This document shows, piece by piece, positions 10,596-21,397 of a DNA stretch of 64,000 nt. The DNA comes from an uncultured Actinomycetota bacterium (GTDB lineage Bacteria; Actinomycetota; Actinomycetes; Mycobacteriales; SCTD01). Both the position numbers and the translations under genes were made by a program. Positions within the stretch are counted from its first letter, which is position 1, and every line of letters starts with the position of its first letter. The notes beneath the pieces were generated by a model, which was given only the letters and a program-made list of their open reading frames with translations, searched no databases and was not told where the DNA came from. The stretch covers positions 8,766 through 72,765 of the forward strand of contig CAWFHF010000008.1 in the NCBI GenBank assembly GCA_963815615.1. The letters are read 5' to 3'.

Positions 10596-12889
10596 CTACC
10601 GGCCCACCAGCCGCCGGACGGTCGAGACGAGCTCGCTCCTGGTCGAACTCGTGCTTGAGCAGGTACGCCGAGCAGCCCGCCTCCAGGCCCGCCTGCCGGG
10701 CGTGGTCCTCGCCGCGCGAGGTCATGATGACGACGGGGACGTTCTCCCAGCCGGCGGTCCGCCGGATGGTGCGGGTGAGGTCGAAGCCGTCCATGCCGGG
10801 CATCTCGACGTCGGACAGCACGAGGTCGGCGGGGTCGTCGCGCAGCCGGGAGGCGCCGTCGAGACCGTCGACGGCGGTCTCGACCTGGTAGCCGGCGCCC
10901 TCGAGGATGACCCGCTCGAGCTCGCGCACCCCGACGGAGTCCTCGACGACGAGCACCCGCGGGCGGCGGGCACCCCGCACCGGGCGGCCGGCGGCCCGCG
11001 CGGGCAGGCGGGCGACGAGGGGCAGGCACCCGCGGTGCGGTGCCGGCGAGCTCGCGCAGGTCGAGCAGGCAGACGACGCTGCCGTCGCCGTCGATGGTGG
11101 CGCCGGCGATGTGCGGGCACGCGGCCGAGGAAGCTGCCGAGGTCCTTCACCACCAGCTCCGACTCGCCCTCGAGCCGGTCGACGGCCCAGGCGACCTGCC
11201 CGCCGGCCTGCCGGACGACGAGCGCGGCGCGCGGCTGCTCGCCGGGCGCGCGCGGCACCCCGAGGGCGGCGGCGAGGTCGAGCAGCGGGACGGACACGCC
11301 GTGCCGGACGACGACGGCCGCGCCGGCGAAGGTGCGCACCTCGGCGTCGCGCAGGGACACCGACTCGACGACGCCGGGGACCGGCACGGCGTACCGCTCG
11401 TCGCCGACCCGGGCCACCAGGCAGCGCAGCACGCCGAGGGTGACGGGCAGGGTGAGGACGAACGAGGTCCCGCGAGCCGCGCTCGCTGCTGACCTCGACG
11501 GAGCCGCCCAGCTCCTCGACGGCGTCGCGGACGACGTCGAGCCCGACGCCGCGGCCCGACGTGGCGGTGACGGCGTCGGACGTGGAGAACGCGGCGGTGA
11601 ACAGCAGCGACGAGCAGCGGAGGGCCGGACAGGACGCTGTCGGCGGGGAGCAGCCCGGCGGCGACCGCCTTGGCGCGCACGCGGTCCTCGTCGACACCGG
11701 CACCGTCGTCGGCGACCTCGAGCACGACGGTCCCGCCGACGCTGCGCGCGCTGACCGTGACGAGCGCCTGCGCGGGCTTGCCGGCGGCGCGGCGCTCCCC
11801 GGGGGTCTCGCAGCCGTGGTCGACCGCGTTGATGACCAGGTGCTTGAGCGCGTCGGCGACGCCGTCGAGCACCTGCTTGTCGAGCTCGACGTCCTCGCCC
11901 GAGGTCTCGATCCGCAGGTCCTTGCCGGTGGCGGCGGCGACGTCGCGGGCGATCCGCGGCAGCGCGGCGAAGGCCCGGCGGACCGGGACCATGGCCAGCC
12001 CCATCGCGCCGTCGCGGACCAGGCCGACGGCGCCGCGGGCCCCCTCGACGAGCTCGCGCAGCCCGCGGGCCTGCTCGCCGACCTCCTCGGAGCACGCGAG
12101 CAGCCGGTGCAGGGCGAGGGTGACCTCGGGCGGCAGGACGACGTCGCTGCGGGCGGCGGCGGCGCGCAGGGTGGAGGCCCAGCGCGCCTGCTCCGCGGTC
12201 TGCGACAGCAGGTGGACGGTCGTCTGCTCGACCCGCCGGGCGCCGAGGTCGGCCTCCCCGACGACGTCGAGCAGCTCGTAGACCTTGCGCGCCGCGACCC
12301 GGACGCTGTCCGACGGAGGGCGCGGCGCAGGCGCGGCGGGCACGACGGCGGGCGCAGGGGCGGCGGGGACGACCGGAGCGGGGACGACGGCGGGGCGGGG
12401 GCGCCGAAGCTCATGCCGGCCGCCGGCTGCGCGGGACCGCCGCTACCGGCTGGGCGCGGCACTGCCGACGCCGGCGGCCGGGGCCAGGACCGGCACCGTC
12501 ACCGGGTCCGCTCCCCCGACGGCGCCGGCCAGGGCGTCGACCAGCGGCCCGAGGTCGTCGTCGGTCAGCTCGCCGGCGACCGCGCGGCCGATGCCGTCGC
12601 AGGAGGCGAGCAGCAGGTCGACGAGGTCGCGGCGGACCGTGGTCCGGCCGTCGCGCAGCGCGCCGAGCAGGTCCTCGAGGGCGTGCGCGACCCGCAGGAC
12701 GCCGTGCAGCCCGAGCATCCGCGCCGAGCCCTTGACGGTGTGGGCGTCGCGGAACAGCCCGGCCACGACCTGCCGGGGGCTGGCGTGCGACTCCAGCGCG
12801 AGCAGTCCGCTCTGCAGGCTGGCGAGCCGCTCCTCGACCTCGGCCCGGAAGGTCGCCAGCAGCTCGGGGTCGTCGCCCCAGGCGGTCAC
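10596..12889 (-). pseudogene. cheA: chemotaxis histidine kinase CheA with C-terminal receiver domain (CheA-REC hybrid); roughly eight frame changes
   Basis: HPt (ORF 12443..12889: FRDAHTVKGSARMLG). Dimerisation/HATPase (HLVINAVDHGCE, VVLEVADDGAGVD, GRGVGLDVVRDAVEELGG, GTSFVLTLPVTLG, spread over three frames). CheW-like domain (ERYAVPVPGVVESV..WAVDRLEGESELVVKDLG). Receiver (VLVVEDSVGVRELERVILEGAGYQV..LSDVEMPGMDGF..PVVIMTS..YLLK). Stop TAG 10596-10598 is in the last frame. The start abuts the MCP stop. Confidence 0.8.
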
Positions 12890-14455
12890 CTAGACGCCTG
12901 CCGGGGCGCCGACCTTGAACTGCGAGATCGAGCCGCGCAGCTCGGCCGCCAGCACGTTCAGCTGGGCGGCCGCGGCGGCGGCCTGGCGCGAGCCGACCGC
13001 GTACTGCCGCGACACGTCCGACACCTGCGTCATGGCCGCGACGACCTGGTCGGACGCCGACCGCTGCTGCTGGGTGGCGATCGAGATCTCCTTGGCGGCC
13101 GTCGTCGTCTCGTCGACCATGCCGCTGATCCGCTCGAGGGCGTCCACGACGCCGCGGGCGAGCTGCGTGCCGGCGCGGACCTCCTTGGCCCCCTCCTCCG
13201 ACGCGATGATCGTGGAGTTGGTCTCGGCCTGGATCTCCCCGACGATCGCCTGGATCTGCTGGGCCGACTCCTGCGACCGCTCGGCCAGCTTGCGGACCTC
13301 CGACGCGACGACGGCGAACCCGCGGCCGTGCTCGCCGGCCCGGGCGGCCTCGATGGCGGCGTTGAGGGCGAGCAGGTTGGTCTGGTCGGCGAGGTCGTCG
13401 ATGACGTCGAGGATCCGGCCGATCTCGTGGCTCTTCTCGCCGAGCGACAGCGCCCGGCTGGCGATGCCGTCGACGCGCTCGGCGATGGTGTCCATCGAGT
13501 CGACCGACGCGCTCACGGCGGAGCGGCCCTGCTCGGCGTAGCGCAGCGTCTCGGCGGCGTAGCGGGCGACGGCCTCGGACGTCTCGGCGATCTGGGCGGC
13601 CGTGGCGGCCAGCTCCTCGATGGTGGAGGTGGTCTCGGAGACGGCGCTGGACTGCTGGGTGGCCGACGCCGCGTGCTCCTCGGCGGTCGCCAGCAGCTCC
13701 CCGGCGGACGCCGCGATCTGCTCGCCGCCGCCGCGGATCTGCCCGACCAGGCCGCGCAGGTTGCCGATCGTGTTCTCGAAGGCGGTGGCCAGCCCGTGCA
13801 GCTGCCCCTCGGCGACGCCCACGCTGACGCCGAGGTCGCCCTCGGCGGCCTTCTCCAGCACCGCCGACATCTCGGCGACGCGGGCCTCGAGGGCCTTGCG
13901 GTCGGCCCGCGCGCGGCGGCGCAGGTCCCACACGGCCGAGGACAGGGTCGAGTTGAACCAGGCGATGACCGGGAACATCAGGCCGATCAGCACCAGGCTG
14001 CCCACGGCGTCGGCGTCGAGGGTGTGGGCCAGCGCCGTCGCGAGCACGACGCCCCCGGACGCCGCGACGCCGAACAGCGCGGCCTGCCACGCGGGCATCG
14101 AGACGGCGGCGAACAGCACGACGCCGATGAACAGCAGCCAGAACGGGCCGCGCACGCCGCCGGTGACCGAGCAGGTCGCGGTCGCCCAGACGGTGTCGGC
14201 GACGAGCAGGGCCGCCCGGAAGACGGTGATGTTCTTCAGCACGAGGTGCGAGCGGGCGGCGAGCCCGGGCAGCACGGTGAGGAAGGTCGTGGCGAGCACC
14301 CCGAAGCCGGTCCACGCCGCGAAGGCCCACAGGTGCAGCACGACGCCGTCGGGCGGGCCGAGCTGCAGCATGAGCCCGAGCGCCACGACGCCGACGACCA
14401 GGCTGAGCCAGGTCATGACGGCGGCAGCGCGGGCGAGCCGGATGGAGAAGTCCAC
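12890..14455 (-). CDS. methyl-accepting chemotaxis protein with multi-TM membrane-embedded N-terminal region
   Basis: Intact 521-aa ORF. It has about six N-terminal TM helices with no evident periplasmic domain. The MCP signalling domain follows, with the conserved hairpin [38 protein letters not shown]. Confidence 0.9.
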   Translation of the reverse strand: MDFSIRLARAAAVMTWLSLVVGVVALGLMLQLGPPDGVVLHLWAFAAWTGFGVLATTFLTVLPGLAARSHLVLKNITVFRAALLVADTVWATATCSVTGGVRGPFWLLFIGVVLFAAVSMPAWQAALFGVAASGGVVLATALAHTLDADAVGSLVLIGLMFPVIAWFNSTLSSAVWDLRRRARADRKALEARVAEMSAVLEKAAEGDLGVSVGVAEGQLHGLATAFENTIGNLRGLVGQIRGGGEQIAASAGELLATAEEHAASATQQSSAVSETTSTIEELAATAAQIAETSEAVARYAAETLRYAEQGRSAVSASVDSMDTIAERVDGIASRALSLGEKSHEIGRILDVIDDLADQTNLLALNAAIEAARAGEHGRGFAVVASEVRKLAERSQESAQQIQAIVGEIQAETNSTIIASEEGAKEVRAGTQLARGVVDALERISGMVDETTTAAKEISIATQQQRSASDQVVAAMTQVSDVSRQYAVGSRQAAAAAAQLNVLAAELRGSISQFKVGAPAGV

Positions 14456-14519
14456 GGGAGTCCCTCCTCGGGGGTGTGTCCCGGTGGCTGTCGGCGTGCC
14501 GCGGCCCTTCCTGTAGCGG

Positions 14520-15005
14520 TCAGCCGCGGCGCGGGCGGGGCAGCGTGTCGGCGAGCGCGAGCAGCGCGGCGACGTCGACCAGGCCGTACGGGCCCTCGGC
14601 GTCGGTGACCTGGCCGTGCAGCAGCGGCGCGGCGGTGGCCGGCAGGTGCGCCAGCACCGGCTCGACGGTCGCGGGGTCGACCTCGACGGTCCCGTCCACG
14701 CCCTGGACGAGCAGGCCGACGGCGACGTCGTCGGCCCGCAGGACGACGAGCCGCGCGCGCCGGTCGCCGGAGGGCTCGCACGGGGTGCCGAGCAGGGGGC
14801 GCAGGTCGACGACGGCGAGCACCCGGCCGCGCCAGTTCGCGACGCCGGCGACCCAGCCGGGCAGGCCGGGCACGCGGGTCAGCCCGGGCGGGCGGCCGAC
14901 CTCGGACACGACGTCCATCGGCAGGGCGAGCCGGGCGGCGGTGCCCCCGGACCCGAGCCGGACCAGGACGACCTCGTAGGGCGGCAGCGCGACGTCGGTC
15001 TCCAC
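14520..15005 (-). CDS. cheW: chemotaxis coupling protein CheW
   Basis: Intact 161-aa ORF with GTG start. [41 protein letters not shown] is a CheW-like domain. Confidence 0.85.
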   Translation of the reverse strand: METDVALPPYEVVLVRLGSGGTAARLALPMDVVSEVGRPPGLTRVPGLPGWVAGVANWRGRVLAVVDLRPLLGTPCEPSGDRRARLVVLRADDVAVGLLVQGVDGTVEVDPATVEPVLAHLPATAAPLLHGQVTDAEGPYGLVDVAALLALADTLPRPRRG

Positions 15006-15030
15006 GCAGGTGCCATCGGCGCGCGGGCCC

Positions 15031-15070
15031 GGCAGGTGAAGGGGCAGGACGGCAGGTGAAGGGGCGGGAC
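15031..15070. repeat. 20-bp tandem direct repeat (two copies, one mismatch) in the cheW upstream gap
   Basis: ggcaggtgaaggggcaggac (15031-15050) is followed directly by ggcaggtgaaggggcgggac (15051-15070). It lies between the stop at 15072 and the cheW start at 15005. Confidence 0.8.
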
Positions 15071-15071
15071 G

Positions 15072-15443
15072 TCAGGGGCGGGCGGCGCGGCCGGCGAGCC
15101 CCACGGGCACGGCGGCGGCGACCGAGCCGAGCAGCAGGAAGGCCAGCCCGGTCGCGCTGCCCACGACGACGAGGTCGCCCTCGGGCCGGCGCGACTGCAG
15201 CGTCGCCACGATGGCGAACCACAGCACGCCCGGAAGGGCCGCCCCGAGGCGCCCGTACAGCCGCCCGCCCGCGCTGCCCAGGACGAGGTTGGCGGCCACC
15301 GCGACGACGACCGCCACCGGGACGGGGACGCCGAAGGCCCTGAGGGGCACCAGGAAGGCGCCCCACAGGGCCGTCAGCAGCGCGAGCACGAGGACCAGGG
15401 CGAGGGTGCCGCTGCGCCGCAGCTCGACCAGCGCCCCGTCCAC
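15072..15443 (-). CDS. small integral membrane protein (about four TM helices), function unknown
   Basis: This is the C-terminal part of track ORF 15072..15965. From GTG 15443: VDGALVELRRSGTLALVLVLALLTALWGAFLVPL..VAVVVAVAANLVL..VLWFAIVATL..GLAFLLLGSVAAAVPVGL. GC3-rich. The start is 11 nt after the ftsH-like stop. Confidence 0.5.
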   Translation of the reverse strand: MDGALVELRRSGTLALVLVLALLTALWGAFLVPLRAFGVPVPVAVVVAVAANLVLGSAGGRLYGRLGAALPGVLWFAIVATLQSRRPEGDLVVVGSATGLAFLLLGSVAAAVPVGLAGRAARP

Positions 15444-15453
15444 CGGCTCCAGA

Positions 15454-17484
15454 CTAGGGAGCGACCGTCCCGCGCCGCTCGACGAGGGCCGGCTCGCGCA
15501 GGTCGATCGTGCGGGCGGCGCTGGCCTGCTCGAGGACGTCGGTGATCTCGTGCCCGACGAGCTCCTCGCGGTCGAGCAGGGCGTCGCGCAGCGCCTCGAC
15601 GAGGTGCCGGTTCTCCCCGAGCAGCCGCAGCGCGGTGGCCTTCTGCGCCTGCAGCAGCGCCTCGACCTGCGCGCGGCCCTGCCCGTCGCCGAGCACCCGC
15701 CCCACGATGTTGGTGTCGGAGAAGCTGCTGTTCTGCACGGCCAGGTAGCTGGTGAGGGTGCCGTCCATGCCGTGGGCGCCGACCATCTCGGCCGCGCAGT
15801 TGGTGGCGTAGAGCAGGTCGCCGCCGGGGCCGGTGGAGACGTCGCCGAAGAACAGCTCCTCGGCGCACTGGCCGCCCATGGCGATCTGCACGAGCGACTG
15901 CAGCTCGGTGCGGCTGCGGGTGAAGACGTCCTCGCGGTCGCCGTGGGCGAGCAGGCCGAGGGCACCGCGCCGCTTGATGATCGTGAGGACCTCGAGGCGG
16001 CGCTGCGGGGCGGTCAGCCAGGCGAGCGTGGCGTGGCCGGCCTCGTGGGTGGCGATGAGCCGGCGCTCGTGGTCGGTGTACTCGACGGGGGCGCCGGTGC
16101 CGACCTCCTCGACGAGGCGGGCGTGCTCGACGTCCTTCCACGTCATGGCGCGCTGGCCGCGGCGGACCGCGGACACGAGGGCCTCGTCGAGCAGGTGCTC
16201 GATCTTGACCGGGCTGTAGCCCTGGGTGATGGCGGCGAGGGCGTCACGGCGCTCGGCGTCGTCGAGCTCGGCCTCGTGCGACTTCTTCGCCAGGAAGTGG
16301 TCGATGAGGGCGCGGCGGCCGGCCTTGCTCGGCAGCTCGAAGGTCATGCGGCGGTCGAAGCGGCCGGGGCGCAGCAGCGCCGGGTCCAGGCTGTCGGCGC
16401 GGTTGGTGGCGGCGATGAGCAGCACGTTCGCCGGCAGCACCGCGGGGCGCTGCAGCTGGCGGTGCAGCGGCAGGAACAGGTTGATGCGGTCGACGAACCA
16501 GCCGCCGAGGCGCTGCCAGCCGGTGAGCGCGTCGAAGGACTGCATCTGCACGAGCAGCTCGTTGACGACGCCGCCGGTGCCCTCGCTCATGAAGGGGGTG
16601 GTGATCGTGCCGGCGCCGTGGACGGTCACGGGCCCCATGCAGCCGGCGACCTGCAGCGGCGTCATCGCGGTCGAGACGCCGCCGCGGCTCATGGCGATCG
16701 CGTCGATCTCCTCCATGAAGCCGATCGCGCCGCCCTCCTTGCGGGCGGCCTTGCGGAGCGCCTTGAAGTAGGAGCGGATCTTCTTGGCGGTCGCGCCGTA
16801 CCACATGGACTGGAAGCTGGTGCCGCTGACGAACAGGAACGGGACGCCGGCCTCCTTGGCCATGGCGCGGGCCAGGTGGGTCTTGCCGGTGCCGGGCGCG
16901 CCCTCGAACAGCAGGCCGCGGCGCGGGGTGCCGCCCATCTCCTGGCTGAACGTGCGGTGCGCGAGGAACAGGTTGAGCGAGCGGACGACGTCGTCCTTGA
17001 CCCCGTCGATCCCGACGACGTCGGCGAGCGAGACGTCGATCTGCTCGGGCCGGTAGACGACGTGCGGCGAGCGGCCGGACAGCACCTGCTGGCCCACGGC
17101 CATGGCGATGAGCAGGCCGAAGAAGACGATGATGGTCAGCAGGAACGGGTCGACGTGCGGGAGCGGGACGAACGGCTGCCCGGCGTCGACGGTGAGCGCG
17201 CGCCACCAGGCGACGCCCAGCAGCGCCCAGACCGCCAGGGTGAGCTTGACGAAGCGGCCGGTGCGGCGGGCCTCGCGGGTCGTGCCGACGTCGGCGTCGC
17301 GCAGGGCGAGGACGTTCACCCCGGCCCCGGTCAGACCGTCGAGGGCGGCCGTGGCCGGCTCCTCGGAGCGGGGCCGCGGCGGCAGGCCGGCGGTGGGGTC
17401 CTGCGGGGCGACGGCGTCCGGCACGGGGGGCTCCTCGGGTTGCTGGGTGACACGCCGAGTCTCCCCAGGATCACGCAGTGTCAC
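15454..17484 (-). CDS. FtsH-like AAA+ zinc metalloprotease (paralogue type with long Pro/Ala-rich N-terminus)
   Basis: Intact 676-aa ORF with two TM helices, Walker A GAPGTGKTHLARAMA, an AAA core and the zinc site HEAGHATLAW. Confidence 0.85.
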   Translation of the reverse strand: MTLRDPGETRRVTQQPEEPPVPDAVAPQDPTAGLPPRPRSEEPATAALDGLTGAGVNVLALRDADVGTTREARRTGRFVKLTLAVWALLGVAWWRALTVDAGQPFVPLPHVDPFLLTIIVFFGLLIAMAVGQQVLSGRSPHVVYRPEQIDVSLADVVGIDGVKDDVVRSLNLFLAHRTFSQEMGGTPRRGLLFEGAPGTGKTHLARAMAKEAGVPFLFVSGTSFQSMWYGATAKKIRSYFKALRKAARKEGGAIGFMEEIDAIAMSRGGVSTAMTPLQVAGCMGPVTVHGAGTITTPFMSEGTGGVVNELLVQMQSFDALTGWQRLGGWFVDRINLFLPLHRQLQRPAVLPANVLLIAATNRADSLDPALLRPGRFDRRMTFELPSKAGRRALIDHFLAKKSHEAELDDAERRDALAAITQGYSPVKIEHLLDEALVSAVRRGQRAMTWKDVEHARLVEEVGTGAPVEYTDHERRLIATHEAGHATLAWLTAPQRRLEVLTIIKRRGALGLLAHGDREDVFTRSRTELQSLVQIAMGGQCAEELFFGDVSTGPGGDLLYATNCAAEMVGAHGMDGTLTSYLAVQNSSFSDTNIVGRVLGDGQGRAQVEALLQAQKATALRLLGENRHLVEALRDALLDREELVGHEITDVLEQASAARTIDLREPALVERRGTVAP

Positions 17485-17518
17485 CAGCCCTGGCCGCGAA
17501 CATCACCCGTTCGGCCGA

Positions 17519-18544
17519 TCAAGTGACGCTGAGTAGCCCCGCGAACAGGTCGTCCTCGCGCCCGGACGGCCCAGCCGCCGGGCCCCGCTCGCCCCGCGCC
17601 AGCACGAAGTACTCGGTGCCGAACGCCTCCAGCCCGACGCCGTCGGCGAGCGCGAAGAAGGGCCCGTCGACCGAGATCTGGGTCTTGTGGGCACGCATCG
17701 CGGCCATCTTCGCGTCGACGTGGGCGGTGCCGTCGACCTCGGTCGTGACCTCGTCGTCGGGGTTGCCGAAGGGCAGGTCCTCGGCCGAGTCGACGCCGAA
17801 GAAGCCGGTCTCGCCGGCCGCCTTCATCCGGTCGATGCCCTGCTGCAGCACGCTCTTGGGGAAGGCGGTGAAGTACAGCTTGCTCGCCTGCCAGGGCTCG
17901 CCGAGGCCCGGCGCGTAGCCGGGGTCGCCCGCGGCGTCGAAGGCCGCGACGGCGACGCGGTGCGCCTGGATGTGGTCGGGGTGGCCGTAGCCGCCGTTGC
18001 TGTCGTAGGTGACGACGACCTGCGGCCGGGTCTCGCGCACGACGGCGACGAGCTCGCGGACGGCCTCGTCGAGGTCGGCCTGCCAGAAGACGTCGGGCCG
18101 CTCGTTCGGCGGGGTGCCCATCATGCCGCTGTCGCGCCAGCGCCCCGGCCCGCCGAGGAAGCGGTGGTCGGTGACGCGCAGGGCCTCCATCGCGGCGGCG
18201 AGCTCGCCGATGCGGTGCTGCCCCAGCCCGTCCTGCTGGTCGGCCGCGAGGTGCGCGAGCTCGGGGACGAGCACCTCCCCCTCCTCGCCGAGCGTGCAGG
18301 TGACCAGCGTGACGGCGGCGCCCTCGGCGGCGTAGCGCGCCATGACGGCGCCCGTGCCGATCGTCTCGTCGTCGGGGTGGGCGTGGACCAGCAGCAGCCG
18401 GCGGGGGACGTCGAGCGGGGTCACCGCGATCTCCGCGGCCGCGCCGTCGACGGCGGTGGCGGCCTCGGCGAGCACCGCCTCCGCCGCGTCGGCGGGCAGC
18501 CGCTCGCCCGGCTCGGGGACGGGGAGCGTGGCGTCGGTGTCCAT
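17519..18544 (-). CDS. mshB: N-acetyl-1-D-myo-inositol-2-amino-2-deoxy-alpha-D-glucopyranoside deacetylase (mycothiol biosynthesis)
   Basis: Intact 341-aa [61 protein letters not shown] matches LmbE/MshB blocks closely. Confidence 0.9.
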   Translation of the reverse strand: MDTDATLPVPEPGERLPADAAEAVLAEAATAVDGAAAEIAVTPLDVPRRLLLVHAHPDDETIGTGAVMARYAAEGAAVTLVTCTLGEEGEVLVPELAHLAADQQDGLGQHRIGELAAAMEALRVTDHRFLGGPGRWRDSGMMGTPPNERPDVFWQADLDEAVRELVAVVRETRPQVVVTYDSNGGYGHPDHIQAHRVAVAAFDAAGDPGYAPGLGEPWQASKLYFTAFPKSVLQQGIDRMKAAGETGFFGVDSAEDLPFGNPDDEVTTEVDGTAHVDAKMAAMRAHKTQISVDGPFFALADGVGLEAFGTEYFVLARGERGPAAGPSGREDDLFAGLLSVT

Positions 18545-18773
18545 GCGGCGACCCTACGGCGCTCCCGTGACAGGCTCGCGCGCGTGACGACGAGCACCCG
18601 GCGCGAGCGCGGCAGCGCTGCGGGCCGGGCTGCCGGGAGGGCCGCCGGCAGGGCTGCGGGCAGGGCTGCGGGCAGCCTGACCGGGCGGGTGCTGCGGCTG
18701 GACCGGGTGGTGCTCTGCGCGCTCGCGCTGACCACCGCCGTCAGCGGGCTGGTGCTGCTCGTGCTGGTCACGC

Positions 18774-21395
18774 GTGCAGGTCCCGCAGACCGACCGCTAC
18801 GCCACCGGCGTGCGCGCCGTCCGGCTGTCGCACCTGGCGATGCTCGACCAGGAGACCGGCCTGCGCGCCTACCTGCTCACCGCGCAGGACCGCGCCCTGG
18901 ACCCCTACCGGCGCGGGCGCGAGGCCCTCGCCCGGCACGACGCCGCGGCGCTGCGCGCCTTCGCCGACCGGCCCGCGCAGGTCGAGCGGCTGCGGGCCTC
19001 GCACCGGCTGCAGCGCGCGTGGGTGGACGGGTGGGCGCTCGACGCGCTCGGCGGCGTGCCGGACGGGGAGTCGACCGCGGCGTTCGTCGAGCGCGGGCGG
19101 ACCCTGTTCGACGCCTACCGGAGGGCCGAGGAGGCGGCCGAGCGGGCGGGCGACGCCCTGCGGCTGCGCTCGCAGGCCCGCGCCACCCGGCTGCTCGGCG
19201 CCGGGCTGCTGCTGGAGCTCAGCCTGCTGCTCGGCGTCGCCCTCGTCCTGCACCGGCAGTTCCGCGCCCTGCGGGCCGACGTCGTCACGCCGGTCGACGG
19301 GCTGCTGGGCACCCTGGAGGAGCTGCGCCGCGGACGGCTCGAGGCGCGCGCGCCGGGGACGGGGCCGCGCGAGCTGCGGGAGATCGGCGCGGGGCTCGAC
19401 GAGCTGGCGGCCGCCCTCGCCGCCGAGCGGGAGACGGCCGCGGCGCGCGAGGCCGAGATGCTGCAGGCCCGGCGCGAGGCCGAGGCCGCGACCGAGGCCA
19501 AGTCGGCCTTCCTGGCCACCATGTCGCACGAGATCCGCACGCCGATGAACGCCGTCATCGGGATGACCGGGCTGCTGCTCGACACCCGGCTCGGCCCGGA
19601 GCAGCGCGAGTACGTCGAGACCGTGCGCAGCAGCGGCGACGCCCTGCTCGTCATCCTCAACGACATCCTGGACTTCTCGAAGATCGAGGCCGGCGAGCTG
19701 GAGCTGGAGCGGCAGCCCTTCAGCCTGCGCGACTGCGTCGAGACCTCGCTGGACCTCGTGGCCGCCGCCGCCGGCAGCAAGGGGCTCGACCTCGTCGGGG
19801 TGCTCGAGCCCGGCGTGCCCGCCGTCGTCGAGGGCGACGTGACGCGGGTGCGCCAGGTGCTGGTGAACCTGCTGAGCAACGCGGTGAAGTTCACCGAGCA
19901 GGGCGAGGTGGTGCTGCGCGCGTCGTCGGACGGGGTGTCGCCGGACGCGGTGGCCGACCTGGTCGTCGAGGTCCGCGACACCGGCGTGGGCATCCCGGCC
20001 GCGCGCCTGGACCGCCTGTTCCGCTCCTTCACCCAGCTCGACGCGTCGACCACGCGCACGCACGGCGGGACCGGCCTGGGCCTGGCCATCAGCCGCCGGC
20101 TCGCCGAGGCGATGGGCGGGGAGCTCACGGTCACCAGCGAGCCTGGCGTCGGATCGGCCTTCACCCTGCGGGTCCCCCTGCCGGTGCGGCCCGAGAGCGA
20201 GGACAGCCTGCAGCGCCCGCAGGCCGAGCTCGCCGGCCGCACCGCCCTGGTCCTCGACGACAACGCCACGAACCGCCGCCTGCTGGAGGCGCAGCTCGGC
20301 GGCTGGGGCATGCGGGTGACCTCCTACGCCGACCCGTTCGCGGCGGTCGCGGCCGTCGAGGCCGGCGCCGTCGCGGACGTGCTGGTGCTCGACATGCAGA
20401 TGCCCGGCATGGACGGCCTGGAGGTCGCCCGGCGGGTCCGCGCCACCCCCGCCGGCGCGACCGCACGGCTCGTCCTGCTCAGCAGCCTGGGCCGGCGGCC
20501 GGCCGGCGCCGAGGAGCTCGACCTGCTCCACCTCACCAAGCCGATCAAGGCGGCTGCCCTGCGCGAGGTGGTGGCCGTCGTGCTCGGCGCCGCGCCCGCC
20601 GTCGAGGAGCTCCCCCCGACGCCGGCCGGGGGGCGGCTGCGGCTGCTGCTGGCCGAGGACAACGTCGTCAACCAGAAGGTCGCCACGCTCATGCTCGAGC
20701 GGCTCGGCCAGCGCCCGGACGTCGTCGGGGACGGGCAGGAGGCGCTGGAGGCCGTCCGGGCCCGGCCCTACGACCTGGTGCTCATGGACGTGCAGATGCC
20801 GGGGATGGACGGGCTGGAGGCGACCCGGCGGATCCGCGCCGAGCTGCCCGAGCCCGCCCAGCCGCGCATCGTCGCCATGACCGCCGGCGCCCTGGTCGAG
20901 GACCGCGAGCGCTGCTTCGCCGCCGGCATGGACGACCACCTCACCAAGCCGGTGCGCCCCGAGGACCTCGCGGCCGCCCTGGCCCGCGCCCGGCACCCGA
21001 CCGCACCCCGCGACTCCCCGGAGGCCCCCGTGGCGCCCGACCTGCCCGCAGACGTCCCCGCCGTCGACCCGTCGGTCCTGGCCGAGCTGACCGGCCGGCT
21101 CGGCGACCGTGCCGCCGCCTTCGCCGCCACGCTGGTCGGGACGTGGCGCACCGAGTCGGCCGCCCGGCTCGACGACCTCGACCGGGCCGCCGCCGAGGGC
21201 GACCGGGAGCGCGCGGCCCGCTGCTGCCACGCGGTCAAGTCCGGCAGCGCAGCCCTGGGGGCGCTCCGCCTCGCGCGCACCTGCGAGCAGCTGGAGGCGC
21301 GGCTGCGCGGCGACGAGCCGGTCGACCTCGCCGGGGCCGCCGCGCAGGTGCGGGCGGAGGTCGCGGCCGCCGACGCCGCGTTCCCCCCGGGCTGA
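18774..21395 (+). CDS. hybrid sensor histidine kinase: CHASE3-TM-HAMP-HisKA-HATPase-REC-REC-HPt
   Basis: Intact [23 protein letters not shown] (CHASE3-like); [18 protein letters not shown] (H-box); [19 protein letters not shown]; two receivers ([30 protein letters not shown]); HPt ([13 protein letters not shown]). The expected first TM helix is encoded from GTG 18584 in another frame (see findings). Confidence 0.85.
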   Translation: MQVPQTDRYATGVRAVRLSHLAMLDQETGLRAYLLTAQDRALDPYRRGREALARHDAAALRAFADRPAQVERLRASHRLQRAWVDGWALDALGGVPDGESTAAFVERGRTLFDAYRRAEEAAERAGDALRLRSQARATRLLGAGLLLELSLLLGVALVLHRQFRALRADVVTPVDGLLGTLEELRRGRLEARAPGTGPRELREIGAGLDELAAALAAERETAAAREAEMLQARREAEAATEAKSAFLATMSHEIRTPMNAVIGMTGLLLDTRLGPEQREYVETVRSSGDALLVILNDILDFSKIEAGELELERQPFSLRDCVETSLDLVAAAAGSKGLDLVGVLEPGVPAVVEGDVTRVRQVLVNLLSNAVKFTEQGEVVLRASSDGVSPDAVADLVVEVRDTGVGIPAARLDRLFRSFTQLDASTTRTHGGTGLGLAISRRLAEAMGGELTVTSEPGVGSAFTLRVPLPVRPESEDSLQRPQAELAGRTALVLDDNATNRRLLEAQLGGWGMRVTSYADPFAAVAAVEAGAVADVLVLDMQMPGMDGLEVARRVRATPAGATARLVLLSSLGRRPAGAEELDLLHLTKPIKAAALREVVAVVLGAAPAVEELPPTPAGGRLRLLLAEDNVVNQKVATLMLERLGQRPDVVGDGQEALEAVRARPYDLVLMDVQMPGMDGLEATRRIRAELPEPAQPRIVAMTAGALVEDRERCFAAGMDDHLTKPVRPEDLAAALARARHPTAPRDSPEAPVAPDLPADVPAVDPSVLAELTGRLGDRAAAFAATLVGTWRTESAARLDDLDRAAAEGDRERAARCCHAVKSGSAALGALRLARTCEQLEARLRGDEPVDLAGAAAQVRAEVAAADAAFPPG

Positions 21396-21397
21396 CG

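Noticed and set aside
11561-14608. 1015-aa plus-strand ORF opposite cheA/mcp
   Set aside because: It is a Gly/Arg/Asp/Ala-rich antisense shadow of the intact MCP and CheA coding frames, with no recognisable motif.
15031-15070. CRISPR-like array (also considered for the 12-nt repeats at about 18610-18665)
   Set aside because: There are only two to four adjacent copies with no spacers and no cas genes. These are simple tandem repeats.
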